Positions 39,194 through 49,871 of a DNA stretch of 64,000 nucleotides are shown in pieces. The notes under the pieces are model-generated. The model was not told the origin of the DNA. It made no database searches and was given only the letters and a program-made list of their open reading frames with translations. The stretch is from Vulcanimicrobiota bacterium (GTDB lineage Bacteria > Vulcanimicrobiota > Vulcanimicrobiia > Vulcanimicrobiales > Vulcanimicrobiaceae): contig OY970223.1 in the NCBI GenBank assembly GCA_963714015.1, forward strand, positions 1,792,001-1,856,000. The letters run 5' to 3'. How positions within the stretch are numbered: position 1 is the stretch's first letter; each line of letters starts with the position of its first letter. The translations under genes were made by a program, and so were the position numbers.

Positions 39194-39936
39194 TCATCGC
39201 GCAGTCAGTTCGGCGGCCGCAGCCTCGTCGACGTACCACATCAGGCGTCCGTCGCGCGGCGCCACGATCTGAACCGGGTGAATTTGCGGATCGTACGGAC
39301 CTTCGCGAACGGCATAGAGCACCGGAGCCTTCGGAAGTCCTTCGACGGCAATGAGCACGCTGCGCGCGTTGTTGATGACGCGAGGAGTAAGCGTAATGCG
39401 ATGGACGCTCAGCTTCTGGACGAACACGGCCCGAACCAGACGATCGTCGTCGGTTAGCGGATCGCTTCCGGGAAACAGCGAGGCGGTATGGCCGTCGGGA
39501 CCCATACCGAGCATGATCAGATCGAAGCGCGGCTCGTCCCCCATCGTTTCTATCAGGAGGCCGGCGTAGTCTCGGGCTGCCTGAGCCGGATCGTCTTCCC
39601 CGGTCATGCGATGCACGTTTTTGGACGGAATCCCCACCGCGTCCAGGAACGCATCCTTGGCCATACGATAGTTGGAATCCGCATGATCCGGCGGCACGCA
39701 GCGCTCGTCACCGAAGTAGACAAAGACGTGATTCCAATCGACCGCGCTGCGGCTGGGCTCTTGCGCCAGAGCTGATACGCCGCTTTGGGCGTCGTGCCGC
39801 CGGCAAGCCCGACGAAAAATGCGCCCCGTTCGCGAATCGCTTCGGCCGCTTGCTCAACGAACGCGTCCGCAACGCCCTGCGCGAGCCGATCCGGAGTATC
39901 GAAGATGCGCAGCTCGCCTTGCTCGCGGCGAATCAT
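39194..39936 (-). CDS. pgl: 6-phosphogluconolactonase (one-base frameshift near 39769)
   Basis: LAGGTTP in one frame, then FGDERCVPP...SNY and LGMGPDGHTASLFP in the next. Confidence 0.88.
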
Positions 39937-40904
39937 CGCGCGTGCTCCAGCAAGCGTTCGACCATGACGAGCGTTTGCGAGTAGATCTCGCGTTTGGGCG
40001 GCTCGAATATGGCCCGCTCTACGAGCGAGAGCATGTCGACGTCGTGCAGCGGACGGCAGCGTCGCGGCCGCGCGTTGCGTCCTTCCACGGTGAGGCAAAC
40101 AATGTCGTCGCCCGTTCTGTCGATCGCCGCCGTAAAGACGTTGTGTTTGCTCTTCAAGCAGGCGCTTTGGATACGCCGCGGGGGCCCGGCTTGCGTGAGC
40201 TCGACGCGGATCTTTCCACCCTCCGAATTACAGAATTCGTTCTCTCCGCACACTTCCCAGTGCAGCCGGCTCGCGAGCCAGCCCGCTAAATAGTATGCCT
40301 CAGGGAGCGATCCGGCCGTAACGCGCACGGCCGTGAGGGAAGGGAGTTCGGCGGCAAGTTCGGGATCGTCGAAAAATTGTGCGATCAGATCCTGCCATGC
40401 GTACAAACGCAGGTACGAGAGATCGCGCAGTTTAGGCGCGGCGCGGTGATCGCTTTGCTCCAAACCAATCAACTCGCGCAAGGCCTCCAATCCGGCTTGA
40501 CGGGCGGAGCTGACGATTACGATCGGATCCGCTAGTTCCGAAAGACCGGTGAAACGCTCGTCCGTCAGGTGCACCCCGCCCCACAACAGCACGGTGCGAA
40601 CGCCCGGCACGAGCAAATCGTGAGTAACGGATCGCAGTTCCGCAGCGCTCAGATCTCGCGCGCCGAGCTCGATCTGATCCCCTTTGATGCTGTGGTCTGC
40701 GGGATCGCGGGACGCCGAGAGAACGACCGATCGGCACGCATACTTTCCGCCCAGCTCCTCGATACGCTGTTGCAGGCGAACGAGCAGCACCTCGTCTTCC
40801 TCGACGAATCCGACGATGTTGAGGGAGGTCGTCGCGACGTCGGCGCCGCTCGATCGGGATTGCGCGAGTGCGCCGAGCAGCTCGTCGACGTTTACCGCAT
40901 GCAT
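39933..40904 (-). CDS. opcA: glucose-6-phosphate dehydrogenase assembly/regulatory protein OpcA
   Basis: between zwf and pgl; LLVPG-TVLLW, RDLSYLRLYAWQDLIAQFFD, YLAGWLASRL-W. Confidence 0.8.
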   Translation of the reverse strand: MHAVNVDELLGALAQSRSSGADVATTSLNIVGFVEEDEVLLVRLQQRIEELGGKYACRSVVLSASRDPADHSIKGDQIELGARDLSAAELRSVTHDLLVPGVRTVLLWGGVHLTDERFTGLSELADPIVIVSSARQAGLEALRELIGLEQSDHRAAPKLRDLSYLRLYAWQDLIAQFFDDPELAAELPSLTAVRVTAGSLPEAYYLAGWLASRLHWEVCGENEFCNSEGGKIRVELTQAGPPRRIQSACLKSKHNVFTAAIDRTGDDIVCLTVEGRNARPRRCRPLHDVDMLSLVERAIFEPPKREIYSQTLVMVERLLEHAR

Positions 40905-40908
40905 GGCG

Positions 40909-42471
40909 CTACAGCGGCCGCCATGACGGGTTGATCGCTTTGGCGGCATCCGGTCCGTCGCTGCCGGCGGGATAGTTCGGGAACGACCGATCGCGAATCG
41001 ACTGCCATACCTCCAGGATCGGCATGACGATTTCCCAGGCGCGCTCGACTGCGTCCCACCGCGTGAACAGCGTTGCGTCGCCGCGCATTGCATCGGCAAT
41101 GAGCCGTTCGTACGCCGGAGCGGATTGCACGCCGAACCCGGTGCCGTAGTTGAAGTCCATGGTCACACTGCGAATGTGATTTTTCTGGCCGGGAACCTTG
41201 GCGTTGAAGCGCATCGAGATGCCTTCGTCGGGCTGAATCTTTATAACGAGGACGTTCTGTTCGATCGTATCGCTCTTCTCGCCGAACAAGCGGTGCGGAA
41301 TCGGATTGAACTGTATCGCAATCTCCGAAACCTTTCGCGCTAGCCGCTTACCGCTGCGAAGATAAAATGGAACCCCTGCCCAGCGCCAGTTATTGATCTC
41401 CAGGCGCAACGCCGCGTACGTTTCGGTGTTGGAGTCCGGGCGAACGTCGGGTTCCTTTCGGTAAGCGGGAACCTCTTGTCCGCCGGCGACGCCGCGGTCG
41501 TATTGACCTCGAACGCTCATGTGAAAAACTTCTTCGGGATTCGGGGGCGCTATCGCGGAGAACACTTTGTACTTTTCGTTGCGGATGGCGTCCGCATCGG
41601 CACTCGCGGGCGGCTCCATCGCGACGAGTGCCAGCAGATTCAGCACGTGGTTCTGAATCATGTCGCGCAGGGCCCCCGCGTTGTCGTAGTATCCGCCGCG
41701 CTGTTCGACGCCGAGCGTCTCCCCCGCCGTAATCTGCACGGATTGGATGTAATTCCGCGTCCAGATCGGCTCGAAAATCGTGTTGGCGAACCGCAGCGCC
41801 ATGATGTCCTGAACGGTCTCTTTGCCCAAGTAATGATCGATACGGTAGACCTGCGCCTCGTTGAAGACCTTCTCGACCTCGGTTTGCAGAGCTCGTGCGG
41901 AATCGAGATCGGTTCCGAACGGCTTCTCCACGATGATCCGGCTCCATCCCTTGGAATTGCTGCCGGGATCCAATCCCGCGTTCTTCAATTGATCGATGAT
42001 CTTGGGAAAGACCGAGGGCGGCGTCGCGAGGTAGAAGAGACGGTTGTCGCCGGCTCCGAAACGCTCTTCGTAGTCTTCGAGTTTTTTCTTCAGATCCCCG
42101 AAGTGCGCGGTGTTGTCGAAGTCGGCGGAGATATAGCCGATGTGCTCGGCGAGGTCGTTCCAAAGCGAGTCCTTGACCGAGCCGGAACGTGAAAACTCGT
42201 TGACGCACTGCTTGCAGTAGTCGCGAAATTGTTCGTCCGTGTACTCCGTGCGCGCAAATCCGATCAGGCCGAAGTTTGCGGGCAGAATATCGTCGAGCCG
42301 AAGATTGTAGATCGCCGGCATCAACATGCGCTTGAACAAGTCGCCGCTCGCCCCGAAGAAGACGATCGTGCACGGCTCGCTGATGCGGGTGCTCTCGATG
42401 CCTGCACGCAGCGGGTTCACCGAGACCTGCGCCATGCCGTTGCCGGTCGATGGGGGGGTGGTAGTACTCAT
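40909..42471 (-). CDS. zwf: glucose-6-phosphate 1-dehydrogenase
   Basis: FGASGDL, IVEKPFG, YRIDHYLGKETVQ, WAGVPFYLRSGKRL. Confidence 0.96.
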   Translation of the reverse strand: MSTTTPPSTGNGMAQVSVNPLRAGIESTRISEPCTIVFFGASGDLFKRMLMPAIYNLRLDDILPANFGLIGFARTEYTDEQFRDYCKQCVNEFSRSGSVKDSLWNDLAEHIGYISADFDNTAHFGDLKKKLEDYEERFGAGDNRLFYLATPPSVFPKIIDQLKNAGLDPGSNSKGWSRIIVEKPFGTDLDSARALQTEVEKVFNEAQVYRIDHYLGKETVQDIMALRFANTIFEPIWTRNYIQSVQITAGETLGVEQRGGYYDNAGALRDMIQNHVLNLLALVAMEPPASADADAIRNEKYKVFSAIAPPNPEEVFHMSVRGQYDRGVAGGQEVPAYRKEPDVRPDSNTETYAALRLEINNWRWAGVPFYLRSGKRLARKVSEIAIQFNPIPHRLFGEKSDTIEQNVLVIKIQPDEGISMRFNAKVPGQKNHIRSVTMDFNYGTGFGVQSAPAYERLIADAMRGDATLFTRWDAVERAWEIVMPILEVWQSIRDRSFPNYPAGSDGPDAAKAINPSWRPL

Positions 42472-43379
42472 TACGGTGAGTGCTCTGCTTTCACGGCGTG
42501 ACCGCCGAATTGATTGCGCAGCGCGGAAACGACTTTAGCGCTGTACGACTCGTCCTGCCGTGAGACGAATCGCGAGAGAAGCGCGAGCGTGATCGCCGGC
42601 GCCGGGACGCTTTCGTCGATAGCGGCTTGCACGGTCCAGCGCCCCTCGCCGGTGTCGTCGACCCAGCCGCGAATGCCTTCGAGATCGGGATCCTGCTCGA
42701 ACGCGCGAACCGCTAAATCGAGCAGCCACGATCGTATCACGCTGCCGTAGCGCCAAATCGACGCGACTTGCTGCAGATCGTATTTGAATTGTGAAGCGCG
42801 CAGTATCTCGAACCCCTCTCCGTACGCCTGCATCAACCCGTACTCGATCCCGTTGTGCACCATCTTGGAGAAGTGCCCGGCGCCCGGCGGTCCGACATGC
42901 GCGTATCCGCCTTTCGGCGCCAGCGTCAAAAAGATCGGCTCACACGCTCTGACGGCGTCGGCTTCGCCACCCACCATCAAGCAGTAGCCTTCGGTCAAAC
43001 CCCAAACGCCGCCGCTCGTTCCGGCATCGACGAGAGAAACGCCCTTGGCTTTGCACCGTTCGTAAGCCGCTAGGCCTTCCTTCCAATTCGTGTTGCCGCC
43101 GTCGATAATTACGTCGCCCGCGCCGAGCAGCGCCGCAAGCGCATCGATCGTCTCGTCCGTGGGCTTTCCCGACGGTACCATAATCCACACGACTTTCGGC
43201 TTGCCCGTCAACTTCGAGACGAGTTCTTGCAGCGACCCCGCGCCGGTCGCGCCCTCGCCCGCAGACTTTGCCACCGCCGACGCGTCGCGATCGTACACCA
43301 CCAGGCCGTGTTTATCGCGCAGCAGCCGCGTCGTCATGTTGGCTCCCATCTTACCTAAGCCAACCATCCCTAATTGCAT
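42471..43379 (-). CDS. gnd: 6-phosphogluconate dehydrogenase, decarboxylating (short type)
   Basis: GLGKMG, IDGGN, DAGTSGGVWG, KMVHNGIEYG, ALRNQFGGH. Confidence 0.93.
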   Translation of the reverse strand: MQLGMVGLGKMGANMTTRLLRDKHGLVVYDRDASAVAKSAGEGATGAGSLQELVSKLTGKPKVVWIMVPSGKPTDETIDALAALLGAGDVIIDGGNTNWKEGLAAYERCKAKGVSLVDAGTSGGVWGLTEGYCLMVGGEADAVRACEPIFLTLAPKGGYAHVGPPGAGHFSKMVHNGIEYGLMQAYGEGFEILRASQFKYDLQQVASIWRYGSVIRSWLLDLAVRAFEQDPDLEGIRGWVDDTGEGRWTVQAAIDESVPAPAITLALLSRFVSRQDESYSAKVVSALRNQFGGHAVKAEHSP

Positions 43380-43466
43380 CGCCGTCTCTCTTCCGGAATA
43401 AATCCTTATCACGTTTGCATTGATGCTTGGCCGCAGCGCCGCTGCAGCTTAACGCCCAAGCATCGA

Positions 43467-46306
43467 TCACGTCTTTGCCATTAAAGCCTCATCGATCAGC
43501 CCGGACAGCGTCTCCAAGCCGCGGTCGAGATCGCCTTTAATATGGACCCGCACGCCGCGGCGGTTGCGTTTGTCGAGTGATTGCAGATCGCCGAGTGCTT
43601 GCGCCGCAATGAGCGTCCGGAAACCGACCCCCATGCCCGGGATTGCGAGATCGAACGGTGCGTCGGCGACTATTTGGATGAAGATGCCGGTGTCCGGGCC
43701 TCCTTTGTGTTCTTGACCGGTCGAGTGCAGGAACCGCGGGCCGAAGCCCAGCGTCGTCGCCGATTTGCGCGCATCGCGAACTCTCGTGCGCATCTCGCTG
43801 AGCGTTTGCGTGTGGGCGCGGTTGCGCGCGATGTAAGCGCAAAACGCCACATAGTCGCCGGGGTTGACTTCATTGAAGATCTGCGCGAGCGCTTGTGCGG
43901 GCTCCGACGCCGAGATTGACGAGCTGCCGGAGAGGAAGGAGAGCTCGAGAGCCTCACCGGTAACGGCGGGGGACGGTTCGTCGAAGGCGCCTTTCTGTGC
44001 GAACTCCTTGAGCAGCGCTTTCGTGTTGTCTTTGGACTCCTGAACGTTTGGTTGATCGAACGCGTCGATCTCCAGCAGAGATCCGGCTGCAGCTGTGGCA
44101 ATTTCCCACAGATAGAATTGCTCGCCCACGTCGTAAGGGTCGTTCATCGCAAGACGAATGACGGGATGCCCCGCGGACTGAAGCGCTCGAAGTTGTTCTT
44201 CGGTTTTTGCGTCGGCGTTCGGTAAGTTGCCGCCGACGTAAACGAAGACGCGATCGCTGCCGTAGACGCCGGGCGCGCCGAGCGGCTCGCCCTCGACCGG
44301 GAGTATGCCTTTGCCGTTTTTGCCGGTCGATTCCGCTATCAGTTGTTCCGCCCACGCGCCGAAGGCTGCGACCGATGGGTGGGTTACGATCGTGAGCTTG
44401 TCACGTCCCGCTTGCGCGAGTCCGCCGATCGCCGCCCCGAACTTGACGCCGGGCGCGGAATCCGGAGCCACGGTCTTGTCGTTTGCCGCCATCGCGCCCA
44501 GGCCCCGATCGAGCAGGCAGCTGATGTCGTATCCGGCGAGCGCCGCGGGAACGATGCCGAAGAAGGAGAGCGCCGAATAGCGGCCGCCGATGTTGGGATC
44601 GTTGACGAAGCATGCGCGGAAGCCTTGAGCCTTCGCTTCGTTTTCGAGCTCCGTGCCGGGATCGGTGATCGCGATGAAATGCCGTCCGCACTTGCTGGCG
44701 CCCACAATTTTCGAGACGCGATCGCAGAAATACCGGTAGAACGCGTCCGGCTCGGTCGTAGTGCCGCTCTTGCTGGCGACGATGAACAGCGAGCGCTCCA
44801 CGTCGATCGCTTCTTCGAGTTCCCGAATCTGCGGCGGATCGGTCGAGTCCAGTACGTGCAGGCGCGGAAAACCTTCGACTCGTCCGAACGTCTCGCGCAT
44901 GATATCCGGCGCCAGCGAACTTCCGCCCATTCCGAGCACGACGACGTGTTCGAATTCCGCGGCAACTTCTTGGGCGAACGTACGAAGATTCGCGACCGAG
45001 TCGAGCATGCGCTGCGGGATGTCCAGCCACCCGAGCGCGCGTTTGATAATCTCGGCGTGCGCCGGGTCGTTCGACCAGAGTTCGGCGTCCTTGCTCCACA
45101 GCCGCTTCAAAAAGTCGCGCTCGGTCAGGGCACCCAGTGCCGATTGGTAGTTCGGATTGTAGGAGCCGAGCTCCAATCTGACTCTTTCGCTTCCGGAGCT
45201 GAGTTGTTTCTGTTTGTAGACGATTGCCCCGAGCAGCGCGCCCCAGGAGTCACTGAAGAGCTTGACGCCTTCCACCTGAAGCTGATGCGTCACATCGTAA
45301 AGCGATATTTGACTATCGCCGAGCTGCTTCATGACGGCGCGGGCATCGTCGACGTCCTGGAGCACTGTGTCGGACTCGACCGTGCCGTGATCGAGCAGTG
45401 CGTCCAGTGTCTGCGGAGGCATGGTGTTGACCGTTTCCTTGCCGACGACGGGCTCGACGTACATCAGATCGTAGTATTGCGGGTTTTTCGTCGACGTGGA
45501 AGCCCACAGCGGTCGCTGACGATGCCCGCCTTTCTCGCGCAGCGCAAGCCACTGGGGCGAGGTGAAGATCTCCAGAAACTTTTGATAGGTCAATTTGAGG
45601 TTCGCAACGCCGGCTTTGCCTAAGAGCTGCTGGAGCTGCTTCTCGCCTTTGTCGATCCGCGCTTGGAGCAGCTTGTCGATCGCCGTGTCGATGCGGCTGA
45701 CGAAGACGCTGTTGACCGACCGGATGCGATCGATCGGCAACCCCTGTGCCGCGCGGCGTTCGAGTCCCCGGATGTACGCCATCGCGGTCTTCTCGTAATA
45801 TTCGACGGCAAACACGAGCGTCACGTTGATGTTGATCCCTTCGGCGATGCACTCCTCGATTGCGGGAATGCCCGCGTTCGTGCCCGGGATCTTGACCATG
45901 AGGTTGGGCCGGGCGACGCGCTGCCAAAGTTCTTTAGCCATCTGAATCGTGCCGGCGCTGTCGTTTGCCAGAAGCGGTGAGACTTCCAGCTGACGAATCC
46001 GTCGCCGCCTTGCGAACTATCGTATACGTCCCGGAAGAGGTCGCACGCGCTTTGAATGTCCTTGACTGCGATGTCCCAGAAAAGGCTGCTAGCGTCGGTT
46101 TCGCGGCCGACGAGCGAGCGCAGCTGTTCGTCGTAATCGTTTCCGGCGCCGATCGCCTTCTCGAAGATCGTCGGGTTGGAAGTCATTCCCCGAAGGCCTT
46201 TGTCGATCAGCGCCTGCAGTTCGCCGGAGCCAAACATTCCGCGCCGCAGGTTGTCGAGCCAGACGCTCTGCCCGGCTTGCAGCAATTGTTCGAGTTGGTT
46301 GCTCAT
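43467..46306 (-). CDS. bifunctional transaldolase / phosphoglucose isomerase (one-base frameshift near 45988)
   Basis: QSVWLD, GMTSNPTIF, NLMVKIP, RPLWAST (Tal) then LGMGGSSL, SKSGTTTE, IGGRYSALS, FDQPNVQESK (Pgi). Confidence 0.9.
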
Positions 46307-46330
46307 GCTTTCTCCTGTAACGCGACGTAA

Positions 46331-48328
46331 CTAGCGGCTAACTGTAGCAAATCGTTCCAGCGCAACTTGCGCGATGTGTTCGGGCGTAAAACCGTATTCT
46401 TGCGCGATGGCCGCTGCAGGCGCGGACGTACCGAAATGATCGATTCCGTACGCATATCCTTGCAAGCCGATCCAGCGTTCCCACCCGAAGGTTGCGGCGG
46501 CTTCGATCGACATGCGCGCGGTAACCTGCGGCGGGAGCACTTCGTCCCGATACTCTTGCGGCTGAGCGGCAAAGAGCTCCCAGCAAGGCATCGAAACGAC
46601 GCGAGCCTGCGTACCTCGCTGCGAAAGCAGCGATGCGGCTTGCGCGGCCAGCGAAACTTCGGAACCGGTTGCAATCAGAATCACATCCGGCGTTCCGGAG
46701 ACGTCTACCAGCGTATACGCTCCCCGGCTGACCGCGGCCTTACGTTGCCCCAAGAACGGCAGTTTCTGACGGGAGAGCACTAGCGCCCATGGCCCTTCCG
46801 TCGCCTGAAGCATCACCTTCCAGGCTTCAAGCGTTTCCAATGCGTCGGCCGGCCGCACGACCATCAGATTCGGCGTCGCGCGCATGTGCGCCAGGTGCTC
46901 TATCGGCTGATGCGTCGGCCCGTCTTCGCCCAGGAACACGGAATCGTGCGTGAAGACGTAATATTCGCGGACCTTATTGATCGCAGCTAAGCGTACCGCG
47001 CCTTTCATGTAGTCCAGAAAGTTCAGGAACGTCGCGCTGAACGGCAGCAGCGCGCCGTGCAACGCAATGCCGTTGCTGATGCCTCCCATTGCGTGCTCGC
47101 GCACGCCGTAATGAATGTTGCGGCCCGCGAAGTTTCCAGGCTGGAAATCGCCGGCGTCCTTCAAATACGTCTTCGTGGACGGATCCAGGTCCGCCGACCC
47201 GCCGACCAGCTCGGGCACCTCAGCGGCGATCGCATTCATGACCGTTCCGCCGGCCTCACGCGTCGCAATCTCGCCGTTCTCTTTGGTAAATGCCGGCCAC
47301 GGAAGATTCTCCGGAAGCTTCTTTGCAAGCGCGCGTTCCAGATTCGCCGCCAGCTCGCCGTTCGCGTTCTTCCAGGCCTCGAATTCGCGCTGCCAAGTTT
47401 GCTGCAGCTGCGCGCCGCGCATACCAAGCTCGCGGTACCAGGCCAGCACGCCGTCCGGAACGTAGAAGTCCGGCTCGAGCGGCCAACCCAATTTTTCTTT
47501 CGTCAGTTTGACGTCTTCTGGTCCGAGCGGCTCTCCGTGTGCCTTGAACGAATCTTGCTTCGGCGAGCCGTATCCGATGTGCGTGCGCACCAGAATCAGC
47601 GAAGGTCTATCGGTTTCATTCTTTGCCTGGCTTATGGCGCGATCGATCGTCTCGACGTCGTTGCCGTCTTCGATACGGATCATCTGAGTATGCCAGCCGT
47701 ACGCGGCGAATCGCGCCGTCACGTCTTCGGTGAACGTTACGTCGGTCTTGGCGGCAAGCGAGACTTTGTTGTCGTCGTAGATCGCAACGAGCTTGCCCAA
47801 GCGCAAATGTCCGGCCATCGAGGCTGCCTCGGAACTGATGCCTTCCATGAGATCGCCGTCGCTGCACATGACGTACGTGAAATGATCGACGACGCGCCGT
47901 TCGCGATTGTATACGGCGGCCAGATGCGCTTCCGCTATAGCAAAGCCGACGGCATTGGAGAACCCCTGTCCAAGGGGCCCCGTCGTCACCTCGACGCCCG
48001 GCGTATGATGCGCCTCGGGATGACCCGGCGTTTTGCTGCCGAGCTGGCGGAATGATTTGAGGTCGTCGAGCGTGAGGTCGTAGCCGGTCAAATACAGCAG
48101 CGAATAAAGCAGCATCGAAGCATGACCGGCGCTCAAAATGAAGCGGTCGCGGTTGAACCAGCCCGGATCCTTCGCGTTGAAGCGCAGATGCTTGCTCCAC
48201 AGCGTGTAAGCGGTCGCGGCGGCGCCCAGCGGCATCCCGGGATGACCCGATTTCGCTTTTTGCACGGCGTCGACCGAAAGAAAACGAATCGCGTTGATAC
48301 GCTGTTCGTCGTCGCGCGTATTCGGCAC
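46331..48328 (-). CDS. tkt: transketolase
   Basis: SGHPGMPLG, RDRFILSAGH, TTGPLGQG, DGDLMEG, GEDGPTHQP. Confidence 0.96.
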   Translation of the reverse strand: MPNTRDDEQRINAIRFLSVDAVQKAKSGHPGMPLGAAATAYTLWSKHLRFNAKDPGWFNRDRFILSAGHASMLLYSLLYLTGYDLTLDDLKSFRQLGSKTPGHPEAHHTPGVEVTTGPLGQGFSNAVGFAIAEAHLAAVYNRERRVVDHFTYVMCSDGDLMEGISSEAASMAGHLRLGKLVAIYDDNKVSLAAKTDVTFTEDVTARFAAYGWHTQMIRIEDGNDVETIDRAISQAKNETDRPSLILVRTHIGYGSPKQDSFKAHGEPLGPEDVKLTKEKLGWPLEPDFYVPDGVLAWYRELGMRGAQLQQTWQREFEAWKNANGELAANLERALAKKLPENLPWPAFTKENGEIATREAGGTVMNAIAAEVPELVGGSADLDPSTKTYLKDAGDFQPGNFAGRNIHYGVREHAMGGISNGIALHGALLPFSATFLNFLDYMKGAVRLAAINKVREYYVFTHDSVFLGEDGPTHQPIEHLAHMRATPNLMVVRPADALETLEAWKVMLQATEGPWALVLSRQKLPFLGQRKAAVSRGAYTLVDVSGTPDVILIATGSEVSLAAQAASLLSQRGTQARVVSMPCWELFAAQPQEYRDEVLPPQVTARMSIEAAATFGWERWIGLQGYAYGIDHFGTSAPAAAIAQEYGFTPEHIAQVALERFATVSR

Positions 48329-48521
48329 AGGTTCTCCTTCATTAGCGCCCGGCCGCGAATGGTGAACGAACCGGGCTTCAAGAGCTTTGTACCCACGTCG
48401 GAAGAGGTGGGTTGCCTGCTCCGCAAGGGGTTCCCGCCGGCGGCCTTCAGGCCTACAATGCTACGTGAGCGGGCATACTGCCCCTACAGCATCTTCCTCC
48501 AGGTTAACCTTAAGGAGATCT

Positions 48522-49031
48522 ATGCGATTGAAATCGCTCTCATTGATCCTTGCCGCCGCGGCGGCTTTTTCTCTGGTCGCTTGTTCGGGCGGAAGCAAGA
48601 GTTCCAGCACGACGAGCACCACGACCAGCCAGGGATCGCCGGCGGCAGGCGCGTCTCCGGCAGCATCTCCGGCAGCAGGCGCTACCGCGGTATCGTCTCC
48701 GGCAGCCGCCGGCGCTTCGCCCGCGGCATCTCCGGCCGCAACGACCGCTGCAATGGCCGGACACCGGCCCGCGCTCAACGGCAAGCCGGCCCCGATCCCG
48801 GCAACCCTGCACTGCGAAGGCGGTCAATCGCCGGTCTGGACCAATCCGAAACGGCACGTGTATCACGTGGCTTCCGATCCGGTCTATGGACGCACAAAGC
48901 AGGGGCAGTACATGTGCCTGCGCGATGCGGTTAACGCCGGTTATCATGCCGCCGGTGCGCGCCACCACGCAGCGGGTGCGGGTTCCATGGGCGGCGCGGC
49001 AACTGCCCCGCCGTCGCCGGCCGCGACGTAG
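48522..49031 (+). CDS. lipoprotein with SPAA-repeat linker and small Cys-containing C-terminal domain
   Basis: AAGGAG RBS; lipobox LVAC; repeated SPAA(G); C..VWTN...VYH...YG-TK-GQYMC. Confidence 0.7.
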   Translation: MRLKSLSLILAAAAAFSLVACSGGSKSSSTTSTTTSQGSPAAGASPAASPAAGATAVSSPAAAGASPAASPAATTAAMAGHRPALNGKPAPIPATLHCEGGQSPVWTNPKRHVYHVASDPVYGRTKQGQYMCLRDAVNAGYHAAGARHHAAGAGSMGGAATAPPSPAAT

Positions 49032-49085
49032 CCTGATTTCGCTTTCCGCGGGAAGCGAGCCGTCGCGCGCCGTACCGTCCGCGCG

Positions 49086-49871
49086 ATGAACGACGAGCTC
49101 GAACGCAGGGTTAGCGAACGCGAGGAATCGGCCGTCGACGAGGTGATCGCTCGCCTTGACGACGGCCGTTTACGCGTCTGCGAATGCGTGGACGGCGAAT
49201 GGGTGACGCACTCCTGGATCAAACAAGCGATACTGCTCTACTTTGCCCAGCAGAAAATTCGGCCGATGGGTGGTCCGGACGTCACCTATTACGACAAGAT
49301 TCCGCTCAAGTCAAATTATGCGCAGCTCGGTGCGCGCTGCGTTCCGCCGGGCGTTGCCCGGTACGGAAGTTATCTGGGACGCGGCAGTATCCTCATGCCG
49401 GGCTATGTGAACGTCGGCGCATACGTCGGCGACGGATCGATGGTCGACACGTGGGCCACCGTCGGATCGTGCGCGCAAATCGGCAAGAACGTGCACCTCT
49501 CGGGGGGAGTCGGGATCGGCGGCGTTTTGGAGCCGCCGCAGGCAACTCCCGTGATCGTCGAGGACGGCGCATTTCTCGGTTCGCGCTGCATCGTCGTCGA
49601 GGGCGTGCGCGTGGGGCGCGAAGCGGTGCTGGGGGCGGGGGTCGTGCTTACCGCAAGCACCCCGATCGTCGACGTGCGTTCGAGTGAAGCCGTCACGACG
49701 AAAGGGCGGATCCCCGACCGCGCGGTGGTCATCCCCGGAACCACGCCGAAAGTGTTTCCCGCCGGTACCTACGGCGTTCCGTGCGCCCTGATCGTCGGTG
49801 CGCGTTCGGAGTCCACCGACCGCAAGACTTCGCTCAACGCCGCCTTGCGCGATTACGACGTCGCGGTTTAA
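49086..49871 (+). CDS. dapD: tetrahydrodipicolinate N-succinyltransferase
   Basis: [47 protein letters not shown]. Confidence 0.93.
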   Translation: [261 protein letters not shown]

